In this document: one piece after another, positions 61,954 to 64,000 of the stretch
Position numbering within the stretch: the first letter of the stretch is position 1
Layout of the letters: each line of letters begins with the position of its first letter
DNA from: Myxococcota bacterium
GTDB taxonomy: Bacteria > Myxococcota_A > Polyangia > Nannocystales > Nannocystaceae
Length of the DNA: 64,000 nt
NCBI GenBank assembly: GCA_039028615.1
Contig: JBCCHT010000045.1
Coordinates: forward strand, 34,158 to 98,157
Direction: 5' to 3'
The notes under the pieces: generated by a model
Told to the model about the DNA's origin: nothing
Database searches by the model: none
Seen by the model: the letters and a program-made list of their open reading frames with translations, nothing else
Program-made: the position numbers and the translations under genes

Positions 61954-64000
61954 ATGAGAGCACTCGCTTCGTGCCTGGCCGTGGTCGTCGGGGCGGCGGT
62001 GGCCGTCATCGCCCCGGCGTGCAAAACGGGAGAATGCCCGGGGGCATCGGATTGCGACTCTGGTCTGGTCACGCCGCGCCGAGAAGGCGGGGCGGCGGCG
62101 GCCCCGGTGGGGCGCTCGACGGAGGTCGAGGTCGACTACGCCGGCTGCGAGACGATCCTGGCGCGAAGCGCCGACGAGGTCGAGTGCGTCTTCGATCCCG
62201 AAAAAGCGCTGCGGGTGTGGGTCGTCCACGCCAACGTCGATCTCGCGCAGCTCGAAGTGGATGGTCGGCCCATCGTCGCCAGCCAGTACGAGCGTGAAGA
62301 AGAGGCGGGCCGGGGTTTTCGAATCACACTGCCCGAAGACGCCCAGCGGCTGACGGTGGCGGTCGAGGGGACCACGGGGTGGTCGCTGGCGTTGCGTGCC
62401 AAGACCCGGCTGACGGCCGTGCAGCGTCTGGCTCGCAAGGAGTTCGACGTGTGGGCCCTGAAGGTCGAGCTGGGACTGCTCGCGGGGGACGAGGCGGCGG
62501 TGGGGGAGCTGTCGCGCTTGCTCTACCGGGCCCATGCCCGAGGCCTCGTCGGCGACGCCGTCGATCTCGGGATGGCGGCGAGTTTTCATCTCACGTGGAA
62601 GCTCGAGCGCGCCGACCTGGCGCAGCAGCTGCTCGAGCGCCTTCGCCCCACCGCGGCGCGCTATCCCGAGGGTAACGCGGCGCTGCTCATCTACCTCGGG
62701 CATACCTGGCGCAGGCACGGTCGCTTGGTCGAAGCGGCTCAGGCCTATCGTCGCGGGGCCCGCTTCGCCACTCGCGTCGAGGACCTCGGTCTGCAGATCG
62801 ACGTGCTGCCTCCCTTCGCCCTGCTGATGGCCCGGCTCGGCTACGAGGACGCGGCCGCCCACTGGAGCGCGCGGAGCCTGGAGCTCGACCAGCCGAATCG
62901 GCGCATGCGTGACGTGGCCGGGTTGCTCGAGGTGGTGGCGTTCACCAACCTCCAGCTGCGCGCGGCCGGGCGCGACTACGACGACCCCACGCCGTACTTC
63001 GACCGCTTGCTCGAGCTGTTGGGCCCGGGCGGGAAGGCCAAGGACCCGTGGTTGCTCGGGTCGGTGTACCTGGGGCTGGCCGAGCTCGCCGGGCTCGACG
63101 AGGATCACGACGCGGTGTTGCAGCATGTGACCGAGTTCCGACGTCATCGGTCGACGCTCGAGCGGCAAGCGCTCGGGCTCGACCTGGAGCTTCAGGCTCG
63201 GATCGCTCAGGGAGCCTCGGGGGCGGAGCTGCGCTCCACCTTCGCCGAGCTCGAATCGGTGGCGAACCGCAGCGTCGGCCTCGAGGGGCGATGGCGGGCC
63301 GCGGTTCGCAAGGGGCACCTGCTGCAGGTCGAAGGAGACCTCGAGGGCGCGATCGCGGCCTACGAGCGCAGCGAAGACGTCTTGGATCAGCTGCTCCCCT
63401 TGGCCGCGCTCGGGGTCGGCGGGAACACGCTCCGTCGTCGACACGTCGAAGGCACCCGACGGCTGGTGGATGCGCTGCTGGAGTCCTCGCCGGCCCGGCC
63501 CGAGGCGGCGTTGTGTGCCGCCCGTCGGGCCGAGGCTCGGCTGCGCCGATTGGCCATGCTGGGCCCACGGCTGTCGTCCCTCAAGGCGGCCGAGATTCAA
63601 GGCGAGATCTCGGGCTATCTCGAGGCGAAGCGCGCCTACGAAGACCTGCTTCGCGACGATGACAAGCGGCCCGGCGACGAGCTCGCCCGTGCCCAAAGAG
63701 AAGCCACGCGCCTCGAGCAGCGGCTGCAGGGGGCGGCCATGGATATCCTGTCGACCCCCGATCAGCAGTCCCGGGGCGCCTCGAGCTGCGAGAGCCTGCA
63801 CCCGCGCCAGCCGGGCGAGCTGCTGCTCGGGCTCTACGGCCTGGGCGGCGAGCTGACCGTCCTGGCCTCGGGTGATGGCGGCGTGCTGCGGGCCTATCAC
63901 ACGACCGTGATCACGGCCGTCGACCAGATGAAGGCGGCGAAGGGCGCCGACCCGACTAAAGCGGTCGGTGCGGTACTGGGTAGCGTCCAGCGGATGCGGC
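61954..64000 (+). CDS. Large TPR-rich lipoprotein, truncated by window end, probably CHAT-domain protease; not in ORF track
   Basis: Own translation: MRALASCLAVVVGAAVAVIAPAC..., open to end (682 codons); TPR-like YLGHTWRRHGRLVEAAQAYRRG and KGHLLQVEGDLEGAIAAYERS; coiled coil; PGELLLGLY. CHAT catalytic motifs not in window. Confidence 0.75.
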   Translation, partial: MRALASCLAVVVGAAVAVIAPACKTGECPGASDCDSGLVTPRREGGAAAAPVGRSTEVEVDYAGCETILARSADEVECVFDPEKALRVWVVHANVDLAQLEVDGRPIVASQYEREEEAGRGFRITLPEDAQRLTVAVEGTTGWSLALRAKTRLTAVQRLARKEFDVWALKVELGLLAGDEAAVGELSRLLYRAHARGLVGDAVDLGMAASFHLTWKLERADLAQQLLERLRPTAARYPEGNAALLIYLGHTWRRHGRLVEAAQAYRRGARFATRVEDLGLQIDVLPPFALLMARLGYEDAAAHWSARSLELDQPNRRMRDVAGLLEVVAFTNLQLRAAGRDYDDPTPYFDRLLELLGPGGKAKDPWLLGSVYLGLAELAGLDEDHDAVLQHVTEFRRHRSTLERQALGLDLELQARIAQGASGAELRSTFAELESVANRSVGLEGRWRAAVRKGHLLQVEGDLEGAIAAYERSEDVLDQLLPLAALGVGGNTLRRRHVEGTRRLVDALLESSPARPEAALCAARRAEARLRRLAMLGPRLSSLKAAEIQGEISGYLEAKRAYEDLLRDDDKRPGDELARAQREATRLEQRLQGAAMDILSTPDQQSRGASSCESLHPRQPGELLLGLYGLGGELTVLASGDGGVLRAYHTTVITAVDQMKAAKGADPTKAVGAVLGSVQRMR

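Noticed and set aside
61615..63900. 761-aa minus-strand ORF
   Set aside because: Shadow of the + strand TPR lipoprotein starting at 61954

Overview
High-GC (~70%) bacterial chromosomal window with Myxococcota hallmarks, most like Nannocystaceae (inference): MYXO-CTERM tails, Cys-rich lipoproteins, eukaryote-like Ser/Thr kinases and ECF sigma modules. It holds about 50 credible CDSs, roughly half predicted lipoproteins or surface proteins. Housekeeping genes are asd, tkt, a stand-alone fusA, dusC and ansA. I recognised no rRNA, tRNA, CRISPR array, transposase or integrase. Most notable: (1) a four-gene module of putative beta-barrel, ECF sigma, anti-sigma and Cys-rich lipoprotein, with a 23/26-identical promoter-like motif before both the sigma and the lipoprotein gene; (2) a trio of ECF sigma, membrane anti-sigma-like protein and large TPR lipoprotein (probably CHAT protease) whose last ORF runs off the window and is absent from the ORF track; (3) a ~950-bp element after fusA made of ~297-bp, ~94%-identical inverted arms; (4) two unexplained structured-RNA candidates (2652-2886 +, 23901-23986 -) sharing a stem sequence; (5) surface pentaheme cytochromes; (6) three translationally coupled paralogous propeller-like lipoproteins. 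Product calls come from motif recognition by eye, not database searches.
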